A stretch of DNA of 64,000 bases from Ramazzottius varieornatus (GCA_001949185.1 BDGG01000004.1:769620-833619), one strand, 5' to 3'; positions 1 through 13,502 are shown, numbered from the stretch's first letter. The notes: generated by a model from the sequence alone, not told the origin. Translations and numbers: made by a program.

Positions 1-2332
1 CCTATCCTTGGGATTGAGCAGACTGGGATTCATCTCCAGATGAGACACTGGCACTTGCACTGACCACTTGATGCCATAGTAATTTGGTTCATAAAGGCGC
101 ATACCAAACACAGCATGCTCCCTGGGATCTAACTCCAATTTGACCATTTAGGGGAAGACAACTTTCAAGAAGCCATCCGATGGGGAAAGCCTGGGATAGT
201 AAGACTCGAATCAACCGTACAATTGACAAGTTGCACAGGTGGCAGTGTCAGGTACCAGCCACCTGTACACTCAAGGACGTCCATACAGAACGTGACCTTC
301 TTCAGTGATTTGGAAATGAAAAAAGGCTCTCCTCCGTACTTTCCATAACACTGCCAATGTTCTCTACTGATGGCTTTGAAGCATCGAAGGAACTTCCCGA
401 CGAACACGAAATGGACGATTCTTTGTGGTGCTACCAGAAACAGTTTTCTGCACCAGTCTGGTCTGCTACGAAGCAAGATTCGTATGGCCTCCTTTGCAGC
501 AACAGGTTGCTGAAGAACAGCCATGCCTTTGTTTCGAGTTGGACATCGCATCAGAAGTGACTTCCACAGGGGAGAAGTGGATCGCGTTGAGGTTTCTCAG
601 ATCTGAGAAGAAAATGGTCATATGGTCGTACCTACACAGTCTGGAGGCATCTCGAAGGTCCGAAAAGCCAAACAGCTCTTCCAGAATCAGCAATGGAACC
701 AGCTTGTACACTTCGTTCAAGTTGTACTCACTCTGGAAGTTTTCGTCGGTGTGGTCAAAGTCGATCTCGGCGGTCACCTCGCTAACTTTCCGGCTCTTCC
801 CCGTCGTCGCGGATATCTCCTGCCTTCCGGCTTCCTGGAGCGACGAAAGGTCCTCGGATTCTGAAATATCTGTCATTCCTTTGGGAATATCCTTCAGCTA
901 CTGTAAGATAGAAACCACCTATGAAGCGTTACGTGAAACTTATCCCGAATCATGAAAGAATTCTTGAAAGCTACAGTCCGGAAATGTTTTGCGTAATGCG
1001 GACAGTGAATAGCCATCAGCCATCGTATGACATTATGACTAAGTCTTAACACCATTACATTAACGTTGCTCGAATTCAACACTGGTACACTCAAAACCGG
1101 TCACTGTACGTCATCTAACACTTTGCATCCGTGGCTTGATTGATGTGAGAGTCGTTTGTTTTCTAAATGCAGATAGGGCCGAAAGGCAGAACTCTATTGC
1201 GCTGTTTCTTTACGTCGTGGAGCGGAAATCGATCGACCAGTGGCCTTCTCCTATCTCAGTGTTGTTTTCTAAGCTTTCTTCTGCGTCTCCTCGCAAGCCT
1301 CAAGGATCTATCGTCCCTCAAGTCAGTCTGATTTCGAGATCTACTCCGTGGGACGGGAGCTTCAAGCAAGCAGTAGGAGCAGATCGGTTAGTGCTGACTC
1401 GTGTGTGTTGATTTATTATCACGTTTGTAATCAGCTAATGGTCTTTCTATAAAAAGGATTCGGAATTCTCTCACGCTGCGGATCTGTCATACGAAGGAAC
1501 GTCAGCTGGGGCAAAGAAGTCATCCTTACTCTCCGGCGTGAAAGATCCTTCCGCTCAACTCGTAGACCAAGTATGTAACTGTATATACTTGTCGAAGTAA
1601 ACCATGGCTATTTTCATACGATGTATTGAACGTCTGCATTGAAGAGATTCACTGGACTTCCGCTGCTGTTGAACCAAGGCACGAAGAAAAGAGGACAGGA
1701 GCTGGTCGATGTATGCCTGAATGGATAGCAGTCCTTCCACCGCCGTCTTCTTGCCAGGATGCCGCTGACTTAATCTCATCTCCATCGCACCGTACGTCGT
1801 CCTTGTAAAGCGTCAAAACCATCACTAACCGTTAACTCTCTGATAAATTTTAACACACACCTGCTGTCTCATACTTATATCTTCGTAGTTGCGTTTGCTG
1901 ATAAGGAGCTTACAGGAATACATTAATTGGCCATTCAAAGGTAAACATTTCAGATAAAAGCCATAAACGCGTAATCGACCATCATCTTTGTAAGTTGGTG
2001 CGTTATTCTGTGCATTCGTAAATAATACCCCGGGCGTTGTGGATTATCGCTTGACGCCCAGGAGATTATTTACGAATTGCGAAGTTAACTGCGCCAGTCC
2101 ACCGAGATTAGTCAGGAAGAGGTGGGTTTTCACCGTTTATGAGATGGGTGCAGGTTGGTGTGTCTTCTTGACAAGTCCGGGCAAACTATAGATATTGTTG
2201 ACAAAGCATAATTTATGCGGTTTAATGGAATTGTGTTGAGAGATAGAGAAAACAATGTATACACAGTATTCGTTGCAGAGCTCGGAGGAGTATCGTCGGC
2301 ACGTGCAGCTACGGGCCGCAGCCGTAGAAAAG

Positions 2333-5300
2333 ATGGCCATGATGCAGCAACAGCCTTACAACCCTCAACAACAACAGCAAATGATGTACCAGGGAAACGG
2401 GAACGGAATGATGGGCCCTGATGGATACATGGAGCAGGAGGAAGAATGGGAGCGGGAAGGATTACTCGATCCCGCCTGGGAGAAGCAACAACGCAAGGTA
2501 GCGTGAAACTTTCTTCCTCCCACACCTCCTCTTGAGTTACTTTTACTCCGTTTTGCTGCAGTTCTTTCGTACTAAATTCGAAAAGAATGACAGTCTGACA
2601 CCTCAGGCGATCTTTCACTGAGGAATCAAAGTGGCGCAGCGACTGTGACGTTTTTGCATGAGTTATGCGCTACTTTGGCTTCAGCGAGTTTAGCAGACTG
2701 GGAATTTTACTTTCGGGCAGAAGTGTTATGTAAGGTAATATGTGCAGAAATTGTGACAGGTGTCGTTAACCTGTCTGCAGTTTGTTCGAGCCTTGAAATC
2801 CACAACAGAAATATTCAGAAAATTTAGTTTCCTATGGTGAAGACTGCCGAGCTCGTGCAAGAAATAGTCCCAAGCGGAGGCGGAAACGAACGAGGAAGGA
2901 CTGTACGAGAGTGGATCCGCTGAAGTCAGCAGAACCTTCTCTGCTGTTCGCGTTGAGTGACATAATGGGGGTCCGCGACTCACTTTGGAGCTTCTGTTCT
3001 GACTTCTGAGAAAGAGATGTACGCATAATCCGCGCTGTGTATGGTGCCCAAAAATGGAGCGCCCATGACTAAGATTATTATTGCCCGTTAACTTGGCATG
3101 CACCGTGACTTCTGTGCAGATTACACTGTGTCGAGAAGTCATTCCCAGCAGCCTAGTTGCCTCCGCTCTGTCTGGAAAAGGACAGACTCTGCGTGGGTCG
3201 CTGGGAAGTGATTCAAGCGAAGACGCTTATGTGGGCACTAACTCTAACGTGATAAGTTACTCATGTGGGTCGCTATCTCGAAAAACGAAAGCTAAATTTG
3301 AAGCAAGAGTTTTGTGAACTGTTCAAAAGGAAAACAGAAAACCGAAGCCGTTTTTATACACGTATGAAAGATATCGTGGTGAAGAGTCAAAGTTTGTCGA
3401 AATCGCCTTGCAGAATTCACTGTCATGTACCCACCGGGATCAAACCGGAAGTTACATACAGTAAAGGTCCACCATTTTGCATTGTGATGTCTTTTCGTAG
3501 ACTTTTACAGCTTGGTGTAACTCACATTTGCGGAAGGCCGGAACTCAGATCGACAATATCGAAGAGGACTTTCGCAATGGCCTCAAGCTCATGTTGCTCC
3601 TTGAGGTGCTGTCTGGGGAGCAGCTGCCCAAGCCAGATCGTGGCAAGATGCGATTCCACAAGATTGCCAACGTCAACAAAGCTCTGGACTTCATCGCCAG
3701 CAAGGGCGTGCGTCTTGTGTCCATCGGCGCCGAAGGTAATGGATAACTCCGAACTGCGTCTCAGTGTGTCAAGAACTCGGAGACCAAACTTGAGATTTCT
3801 TCTTTGCAGAAATCGTCGACGGTAACGTGAAGATGACACTCGGTATGATTTGGACCATCATTCTTCGGTTCGCCATCGAAGGCATCTCAGTCGACGGTAA
3901 CATCGTAGCACTTCTTTCGGTCCTCTTGTTCAGGGTGTGATATTTCACCCGGTCTTTTTGTAGAGATGACCGCCAAAGATGGTTTACTGCTATGGTGTCA
4001 GCGCAAGACCGCGCCCTACAAGAACGTCAACGTCCAGAATTTCCATATAAGGTTTGTGCCTTGTTACCTCTACTTGGTTGTATGAAGGTCTCACTAAGAG
4101 GTTCTGTTTTCCAGTTGGAAGGACGGTCTGGCTTTCTGTGCTTTGATCCATCGTCATCGTCCAGACCTACTGGATTACAGCAAACTCTCCAAAGCTAACC
4201 CTCTCCAAAATCTCAACTTGGCGTTCGATATTGCCGAGAAGTATCTGGATATCCCTCGCATGTTGGACGCTGAAGGTATTTCGCGTTTGCTTGTTATGGG
4301 TAGTTTCTCGTCAAGGCAGATTTAGCGTATCCGTCGACCGGCGTACATTTTTTGATCTTGGTGATGGGCTATCTTTGTTCTTGGCTCGTCTCGACTGTTT
4401 TCTTCTCTTTCTTGATGTTTATTCTTGACACATAGACATGGTGGATATGCCAAAGCCAGATGAGCGCGCAGTGATGACTTATGTCTCCTGCTTCTATCAC
4501 GCCTTCGCGAACCAGAACCAGGTATACTTCCGGCACAGTATTTTCCTACCGCAATACAGACTCTTAAAGCTCATTTTTCTCGATCTCCTGTTTCATGGTT
4601 GTTCGCTCCCCATTTTGCATGCCTTATGGGCTGGTTGTTATGTGATCGAGATCACTGGAAACGGTTCAAGTGCATCTGGGGTTCTTCGACGCGTTCAGTG
4701 TGGCCTGTTTTGCATGTTGTCTGTTTCTGCTCGCTGCATGAATGTACCAAACCGTAATTTGGTATAGTGTGTTTCAGACAGTGTGGTGATGTTTTTCGGG
4801 TACTGTACTGCGCGCGTTCGTCATGCGTGATACTGCAGGTGGCCTTGATTATCGCGTTGCTCCCACTCTTCTTAACGATAGATAAACGATACCCATGTAA
4901 TAACCAACGTAATGCACGGTTCCTGTTTGTGTGTTTGTAGAGATCGTCAACAGCGAACGACCCGACGAGCGCTCTATAATAACCTACGTCTCCAGCTACT
5001 ATCATTACTTTACCCATGCTCAACAGGTAAAAGTAAAGTATGAATCTTTGTTTCCATGTCCGCTATAATCGCATCTGCCCAAGTCGACGTACCATCTTCG
5101 GCTGGTTCCGTACCGCTACTAACGTTGTATGACTTGACCGAGCCTTTGGTCGGACTATTGACCAACGGCTTCTGCTCCTTGGGTTTAGACTGTCCTACAG
5201 GGGTAACTCCGCCTTCGGAAATCAGTAAAGTAATTTAGTAATCCCTCGCGTTTCTCTACAGGCTGAATCAGCAGCTCAACGTGTTTCGCGTGCACTCAAA

Positions 5301-8300
5301 GGACGCCAAGGAAATGAAGATCTGGAAAATGAATACGATCGCCTCGCTTCCGATGTAAGCCTTCCAGAGTAAAGCTGTTTGAATACTTTTTGGTAGCTCG
5401 GCTGACAAACTCAGTCAGATAGCGTTTTCCAAGTGGCGCACGGCGACAGTCAATAAGGCCGAAAACGTGCGCTGCTGGGAAATCAGTCCGGTTGATTTTG
5501 TAACTGTTGGCCGAGAGCCCATAATATTTTGGTTAGTTATATTACTTTGTACATTGATATTCTTGGAGAATTCGGATGAAAGGGGTATAACCTTGGCGTC
5601 TCTAGTTATTAGGATGGATTCAGAAAGTGACCCCGTGGATGGAGAACCGCACGACAGATAACACACTTCCGGGTGTCAAGCGCAAGTTAGATGAGTTCAG
5701 AACTTATCGGACTGGCGAGAAGCCACCGCGTATTGGCCAGAAGGGACAGCTGGAGACTACCTTCAATACTCTCCAGACCAAGCTACGTCTTAACAACCGA
5801 CCACCATACATGCCTAAGGAAGGCCGTATGGTGTCGGACATCGCTAACGCCTGGAAGAACCTCGAGAATGCCGAACGAGGCTTTGAGGACTGGCTGCTAT
5901 CCGAAATGATGCGGTAATTAAGCCCTTCTTTCCCCTGGACATTTCTTTTCAGACAAAAATTTGGAGACGTAAAGATGGGAGCTCGCCAGACGAACTCCAC
6001 CATATGTTTTTCCCAAGTGGCGCATGCTTCCAGCCAGCACACCCGAAGACGTGCGCCACTGGGGAAACTGATCTGATCGAGTTTGTTTGGCAAGCTCCCA
6101 TATCACAAACGAGGAACAAAAAATGTTGCGATAAGTAGATATTTTGTGCGTTTAGGTTAGAGCGACTAGATCGTCTGGCCCAAAAGTTCAAGCGCAAGGC
6201 TGATATCCATGAAGAATGGTCGAAAGGCAAAGAGGAGATGCTTTCGAAGAACGACTACCGTAACGCGACCCTGTCGGAAGTGCGAGCCTTGAAGCGAAAG
6301 CACGAGGCTTTCGAGAGTGACTTGGCCGTGCATCAAGAACGTGTCGAACAAATTGCCGCCATCGCCGGAGAACTCAAGTGAGGCTATTTTGAAACAGCGA
6401 GACAATTACCACATCGTTTCAAATGAGCGAACAATCATACGTGAGGAAGAGACATTTGAGAATTTCATTTGGGTGGTTTCTTCTTATTTAGCACTCTTGG
6501 ATACCACGACTCGCCAACCATCAACGCACGATGCCAACGCATCTGCTCCAACTGGGATCGTATCGGTGCCCTGACCACTCAAAGACGTCTAGGCATCGAC
6601 GAGGTCGAGAAGATCCTGGAACGCGTGGACGCACTCCATTTAGACTTCGCCAAACGCGTTTCGGTAAGAAGTGTGAGGATATGACGTAGTGCATGACATG
6701 ACATTACATGACATGACGTCCAATTTGAAAGGAAACCGCTCGTTTTCCTGACTCCTTAGTTATGTCATATCAAGTCATATCACACCTTATGATATAAATC
6801 ATCTGCCAGACTCAGTGTCATGTAGTTTGTGTTATGTCATACTATGTAATAACGGTTATGTAATCGGCTTCTTTTGATATGTTTTTAGCCATTCAATAAC
6901 TGGCTGGATGGAGCCCGTGAGGATTTGGTGGACATGTTCATTGTGCACACCATTGAAGCTACACAGGCGCTGCTGAATGATCATGAGCAATTCAAGGCCA
7001 CTCTTGTGGAAGCTGATAAAGAGTTTCGTACGCTGGTCGGCATCTTCCAGGAAGTACAGCGCTTCGCCCAACAGCACAACATCCCAGGGGCCATGGAGAA
7101 CCCATACACCAACATGACGGCACAGGAAGTCACCAACAAGTGGAACGAAGTGCGCCAACTGGTGCCCAAACGCGATCAAGCACTCCAACAGGAAATGCAA
7201 CGCCAACAAAGTACGCAAAGAAATCCAAAATAATTTACTCAAATGGGAAGTCAGCAAATGACTCGACCAAGCTCGTAGTGGTGCACGCCTTCAGCCAATA
7301 ACACTGAAAACGTGCGTCACTTGACATAAGGGTGCAGTTCATCTGCTGACGCTTTCAATAAAATTTTTGTTGTACGTAGTGAATGAAAGACTTCGTCGCC
7401 AGTTCGCTGAGAAGGCCAACGTGGTCGGTCCCTGGATCGAGAAGCAGCTGGACATTGTGGCTTCCATCGGCATTGGTGTCCACAAGTCCCTGGAAGACGC
7501 GCTGTCGAAGCTTCGGGCGTGCAAGACCGGCGTGGAGGCTTTCCGACCACACATCGACGAGCTCGAACAGTACCATCAAGCGGAACAAGAAGCCATCATT
7601 GTCGACAACAAGTACACTAAGTATACCATGGAGACCCTCCGCGTGGGATGGGAACAGTTGCTCACATCCATCAACCGCAACATCAACGAAGTGGAAAACC
7701 AGGTGAAATAATCAGTGATGAAACCAGGCACCTGCATACATCGGCCCATAGGTTGTTATGTCCACTGTGTATGCAGGTGCTTCAATCAAGCACCTACATA
7801 CTTCAGTCGGTGAGTCCCGCATTGCCCTTTGTATGCAGGTGGATGCTAACTGCCTGTATGTAACTTGACGATCTTCAAAACACCTTGTATTATCCGTGTC
7901 ATGACAACGAAGGATCTAACCACTATGTTTGGTTATAGATTCTGACGCGGGATTCAAAGGGAATAAGTAGCGATCAGCTGAACGAATTCCGGTTATCCTT
8001 CAACCATTTTGATAAAGGGCGGACAGGCCGATTGGGACCGGAAGAATTCAAAGCATGTCTCGTCAGTCTGGGACATAATATCAAGAATGACAAGCAGGTG
8101 AGCGGTTTTTCACTTTAAACGCCAGAAGGTACCTCACGTGAGCTAAGAGTGATGGGTAATGATGTGTCCATTACCTTCCGCAGGGTGAGGCGCAATTTCG
8201 CAAGATTATGGCCTCGGTCGATCCTAATATGTCAGGATATGTCAAATTTGATTCCTTCCTGGAATATTTGACCAGACAAGCTACCGACACGGACTCTGCC

Positions 8301-8662
8301 GACTCTCTCATCGAATCGTTTCGCGTTTTGGCTCAAGACAGGGTTAGAACACTAGTTTTCGCACTTACAGTGGCGTACCTATCGAGCACCTGCATACAAA
8401 TGGTTGTTATTACTTCGAGGCCATGTGTATGCAGCTATGTAAGATACACGCTGTTCCTGTTTTGCGAGCGTTCCACTGGCTGAGAACCTAGTCTTATCTG
8501 CTTGTCTTATAGCCGTACATATTACCAGACGACTTGCGAAGGGAGTTACCGCCGGATCAAGCCGAATATTGTATCAGGAAGATGCAGCCATACCGTGCTG
8601 GTGGCGCCCCACCAGGAGCCCTGGATTACACCTCCTTTTCTGCCACTCTTTATCAGTTTTAG
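2333..8662 (+). CDS. Actn: Alpha-actinin (spliced: CH-CH actin-binding domain, 4 spectrin repeats, EF hands)
   Basis: GT-AG exons approx 2333-2497, 3501-3735, 3810-3896, 3964-4051, 4115-4275, (4436-4521 or 4941-5026), 5262-5354, 5606-5913, 6156-6377, 6492-6663, 6889-7210, 7380-7702, 7939-8097, 8184-8342, 8513-8662. They encode [61 protein letters not shown] and [14 protein letters not shown]. An upstream in-frame ATG at 2255 is an alternative start. Confidence 0.97.
4941..5026 (+). CDS. Actn: Alternative (mutually exclusive) alpha-actinin CH2 exon
   Basis: 86 nt, flanked by AG and GT, encodes (E)[28 protein letters not shown]. Paralogous to the 86-nt exon 4436-4521, (D)[28 protein letters not shown]. 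Confidence 0.88.
5975..6101. repeat. Palindromic ~125-bp MITE-like element (GTGGCGCAC family), well-preserved copy in actinin intron
   Basis: ATGGGAGCTCGCCAGACGAACTC...CCCAAGTGGCGCA-loop-GTGCGCCACTGGGG...GAGTTTGTTTGGCAAGCTCCCAT. The arms are reverse complements. Confidence 0.85.
7728..7841. repeat. Two short hairpins with CACCTGCATACA/TGTATGCAGGTG arms (actinin intron)
   Basis: GCACCTGCATACA 7728-7740 pairs with TGTATGCAGGTGC 7768-7780. A second copy lies at 7790-7841 and a related copy at 8386-8435. Confidence 0.7.
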
Positions 8663-9042
8663 TTGCTTTGCTTTGCTTTCTGTACACGCGTACCCGTATA
8701 AGCATGCGTCTGCTGCAGAGATGACAGCCATGTTAGAACCCGCTCCAGATAATAAAATTTGCCGTTTCAAATTTAGCTCTCTCTTATTTATTTTACTTGC
8801 TGGCGCATTTGCCCCCTTTTACTTTCATGACGTGCTGTTACTTTCTTCTTCTTTGAGGTTTTAGCGCATTGTTTGATCCGATAAGCGTTCGATGTTTACT
8901 ACCTTATTTGCTTCTTGTTACTGTCAGAAAGAAAAAAGGTACCATCTGGACTTTTCTCATACAGTACATTTTCACGAAAATAAGGATTGAGCAAAGTTTA
9001 CTTCCGCGTATACTGCTATGTACAATAGTCAAATCCATATAT

Positions 9043-12000
9043 TCAGTCGTAATACTCAGCGGCTATTGAATATTTTGTGTGGGACCTTGCCGAATGGTTT
9101 CGGTGAAGCATTGGTCGCACCGAGCATTCGTAATCACGGTCGTCCACTGAAGTTCCTTCGTTGCTGTTCATTGCAGAAGGACAGAGTGAGTTGGCTGCGC
9201 GAGCAGGTCGAATATCCGATCGCTGGGACGCAGTTCGGAACTGGCGACCCTTGTTGAGAGCCATGGTGACATAGAGGGTGTCGGTGTAGACGCCGTTACC
9301 GTTAGGTAATGGTGTGGGACTGTTTCCAACTTCTAGGACCCCGCTTGCTCCACCTCGGATGATGTGGTGATTAATGTTTGGGCTTCCCCCACCGGCCATT
9401 GAGTTGTTGCGACGGAGGCCCAAGCACCAACGGCATTTACGTCGAAGCTGCCGGCGGAACTTCTCCTGCGCAAACAGGAACGAATGTAGAAAAACGTGAA
9501 CTTGATGGTGAGCCTAGGGTTCCTGTGGTCGGTTCTTTTCTTCGAAAACTGCACCTTCGTTAGTGGAAAACTCCTCAAACTCATTACATTCCGGTTGCTC
9601 CAAAATCCAAATCTGGTACCTGATTTTCCAATTTCAAAATAAAGAAATCATGCGAAATAAGCAATACTGCGCGCCATGCGGACTCAGCCGGTCCACCTGC
9701 GAGTTGATTGCTTCATCACACAACTTAAACTACGGTGTAATACTGTTTATGTGCAATGTAATTTCGGCCTCGCTCGGTAATCGGCGTGCTGTATGGTGAA
9801 TGGTTAATTATGTGCAGCAGACTTCAAAACGAAATCGAAGAAGTAAGAAACAGCGACCGGACCGTTCCAATGTTTTAGGACAGAATATAAGATTTTTGGG
9901 GAAAGCTTCACGTGCAAAACGTTTAACCGTTGTTTGACTTTTCATACATACGTTGCAAAATCCAAGAATAAATGGGTTTTGACAAGAGTTCGACATCGCC
10001 AGAAAGTTGCAGCAGAACCAGATGATGTTGATGTAGCTGTACCTAAAAGAGTGAGAGACGAGTCAGCACTTTTTTCGACGCTTTGGGTCAGCACTGTGGA
10101 CATTCAAACAGCGCTTAGCGCACCGGAAATACTGCAAATCTGATTTTCAAAAATGGAATCGATTAGAGTTTCTTTCTCAAGCGGAACAAACTAATCTGTA
10201 ATCGGTAACGAGTAGAAGACGCTTATGGAATTTTGATGGCCTTGAATTTGTTTATTTTCCATCAAAGCAGAAGTTCGTTGCAAAGGAGCGCAATTTCCTT
10301 TCGCCGTTCGGCGATCGCGGAAGTTGGAATACCGCGGGAAGCCGCAGTTGAGACTCTCCAGGAACTTCAAGAGCCAAACTTCAGGCCACTTTAGGAAAAG
10401 GCTGGAGCCAATCGTGTATGGCATGTCAATACACAGTAAGGCGATACTTACATGTTGATTTGTGGTATGATTGCCGTCAAGAAATTATAGGTTTGGAGAG
10501 GCATCCATGACAGTGCGAAGAGGACCACAACCAGGATCAACATTTTGATCACCTACAAGAATAACAGTCAGATTAGAACGTACCCGCCTTTTTAGCGCCC
10601 ATAATATCTTTTTGAGGTCTGTTATTTGGTCCTGACGGCGTATTATCATCAACCAATCTCCAGTTTCATCCACATTTCGTTCCCGCATGAACCTATAATT
10701 ATCCCGCTGTGCTGTCTCGTCGGCAAATTATAATACCACATGCTATTATTAAGCTCGGCGTCAAATTGGGGCAACCAGAAAACAGGTAAGCTCTTTCGTC
10801 AGTACACGAGTTTTTTGGAAATTTTACATTTTTTCCTGCTGAAGAAACGAAAAGGTGACGCATGCACATGTGTTGGCTGCTTCAATTGATCGGAAACGTT
10901 GCTTTATTGAGGTGTGGATGAAATGGCTGCACTTGGGGGGAATTCAAGTTGGGAGTTGCGTCGGTTGAAATAAGAAAAGGCGGGATTCGACTCTTGTACA
11001 GCATTTCTGGGGTGGGTGAGGTCTAGAGGAAGCGAGGTTTGAGATAGTTCCCTGTGGGTGACTGTTTAGTGGAGAACGTCCTGAGGATCTGATGGAAGTA
11101 ATGCGATATGCCGCGAAGTGAGCGCTTGCGCAAACAGGCTAAGATCTTCAAGTTAAAAAAAAATATGTTGGCTTTCGCTTCCTACTCAAAGATCTGGAAG
11201 AAGCCTAGCTTATTTGCTGCAATTGATGACCCTCCCATGATGATTTCGTTGATGATGTCATTACGAACAAGCCGTAGATAAACTACTGGTGGATCCCGTG
11301 CTGGCATTCACGGATGGGCAAAAAGTGCACAGATAAAAATGATGAGGTTGTAATGACAGGAAGATGACTGTCTGCCATTCATCCGTTCAATATAATTCAA
11401 CATTGGTTGCTTCAACATTGGCGATGGCGACGAGCTCGCGCTCTTGGTGGAATGTAGATGACGTGGTGCGTGACCAATCTTCTCGTTCGTCCCCGTCAAA
11501 CCTCCTTTGGCAGACGGACCTGTGGCATGTAAAGCCCGTCGTGGGCAGCAGCAAAACTTGACAGGATCGAACGTCCCCTTGGCGAGACTTGCCATGAAGA
11601 CCTCGACACATCCGTCAGGACAACACTCTGCATTAATAATCCTGAGCTCTTAGCTTATTTCGAAATTTTAGGATCCACCGTCAGCGTTCTATGGGAGAAC
11701 TGGAAACCTTCCGAATTGAGCAAAACTAAAAGATCTTGTCCCTACGATAATAAAACGGGACGTCGGCAAATTGTTGAACGTGATTCTTGACTCCAGTGGC
11801 GCAGGTTATCATTGTCACTGGCTGAAAGTGTGCATCACTTGGGAAACGATCACGCTGAAGTCATCTTCCCACGTCCCAAATAAGACGGTTAAAAACTTTT
11901 CGTTGTTGTGTTACACCTTCTGAAGGCTACTAAGTTTTTTAAGTTTTTTGGGATGAATAGCATTTAATGAACGAGTGCCGGAAGGGATTGACCAGATGTA

Positions 12001-13502
12001 CAGCGCGAACGTGTAGTGCGCTGGGAGGTTCCTCGCATTTCCGCTTGTCGCTCAGTGGGGAGCATCAAGAACGACTATGAACATCAAAAACAGATTTATC
12101 CCTTTGTGTAGGGTCGAGCTTTGCAAGGTCAGTTATCATTGCCAATCTATCGACCAGACGTGTAAAATTACTTTGCAAGTTAATGGCTCATGAAACGCCC
12201 ATACAAACAGACAGACTCCCCCTACCTTTTGACGTTGCTGGATCCGCACCAAGCTCATGTCCTGCTGGCCTTCACCCGGGCCCTTTGTGCCCCACAAATG
12301 CAGTGCAATAGTGATGTAGGCGAAGCTAATGATCAGTAGCGGGATGGCAAACTGGATGGCCACCAGAAAGACGACGTAGTACCGGAAGATGCGCGTCGAC
12401 TCTTCGATGGCTTCTTCTTTGGCCCGGGTGGAGTCGTTGACTGGGGTGGAGAGACCCGAGGGAAAGCAGAAGAGACGCGGACCGGACAAATCGTCCTCCA
12501 TGACCACTACGCGAAGCGAGGCCGCCATGGGAGCAGCACATACCACGGCGACAATCCAGATGATGGCGATGGCGTAACTCGTGGCGCTCTTGGTGATGCG
12601 CGACTTGAATGGGTAAAGAAGGGCGCGATACCGCTCTATGGATATTACTGTCAATGTGAACACGCTGACGTTGACACTCAGTACCTATATATAACACAAA
12701 AAACATGGCGCTACCACAGCTAAACTGGAGATATTACCCCTTCGAAGCGGGTACAGGTACGATGTATTTTCAGCTGTACTGCCGACCGGCAGAAAGTGTG
12801 GAAGACAGGATACCAGTGAAGCTAGTTTTATTGGATGAATAATAGGAAAGTGATTCTCGTGTAAAATTCACTAGCAAATTGATACGAATTGGGTTTTCAG
12901 CTTTGACTGTCCGAACAGTTACGGTGTAATCAGCAGTTTTAAATCCGTCCCTCAAGAAACCCTTTCCCCACATGTGAACAAGATTACCGCCTTGAAGTTT
13001 TCTGAAGATCAGTTTTTCGGGAATTTTTCAATTTCCTTTTTTCGTTCTTCGTTTACACTGACATTTGTCTGGGCTGTACCTGAACGAATGGAGCAAGTAT
13101 GCAAAGAAACTCCGGCAAGACCCATCTTTGCAACAGTGCCGCCTGGAACTGGAACGGCACTGCGGCCACCGCAATCAGTATATCCGCTGAAGCTAAATTG
13201 GCCAGCAGGAAATTGGTCACCGACTGCATTTGTTTACTGCTGGCTATGCAAAGCACCACCAAGGAGTTCCCCACCAACGCCAGCAAGCTAATTGCTCCGT
13301 AAAATACGGCAAGCACAGCAATGATGGCAGGAGAAGCTTCATACAGAGCAGGAGGTTCGCCGCTCCCCTGATCCGTGGAGGCGTTCGCGGAAGTAAATCC
13401 GTTGGAGGGTTGTAAGGTAAAGAAGAAGGTGTCATGGTTCTGTGAAGTGTTGAGATAATAAAAATCTTGACTGTAATCCCACGCTTCCGACGTCAAATCC
13501 AT
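9043..13502 (-). CDS. Lkr: Leucokinin-receptor-like class A neuropeptide GPCR (5 coding exons)
   Basis: Exons approx 13502-13080 (VGNSLV...VPFQFQAALLQRWVLPEFLC), 12685-12226 (VLSVNVSVFTLTVISIERYRA), 10552-10452 (VIKMLILVVVLFALSWMPLQTYN), 10042-9952 (YINIIWFCCNFLAMSNSCQNPFI), 9465-9043 (EKFRRQL...). PFQFQAALLQRW and YINIIWFC are characteristic of leucokinin receptors. Confidence 0.88.

Noticed and set aside
5056-5238. Possible extra actinin exon after the alternative exons
   Set aside because: No convincing frame-preserving splice-site pair or homology.
6680-6862. ATGAC/GTCAT pentamer runs in an actinin intron
   Set aside because: Degenerate low-complexity repeat with no defined ends or TSD.
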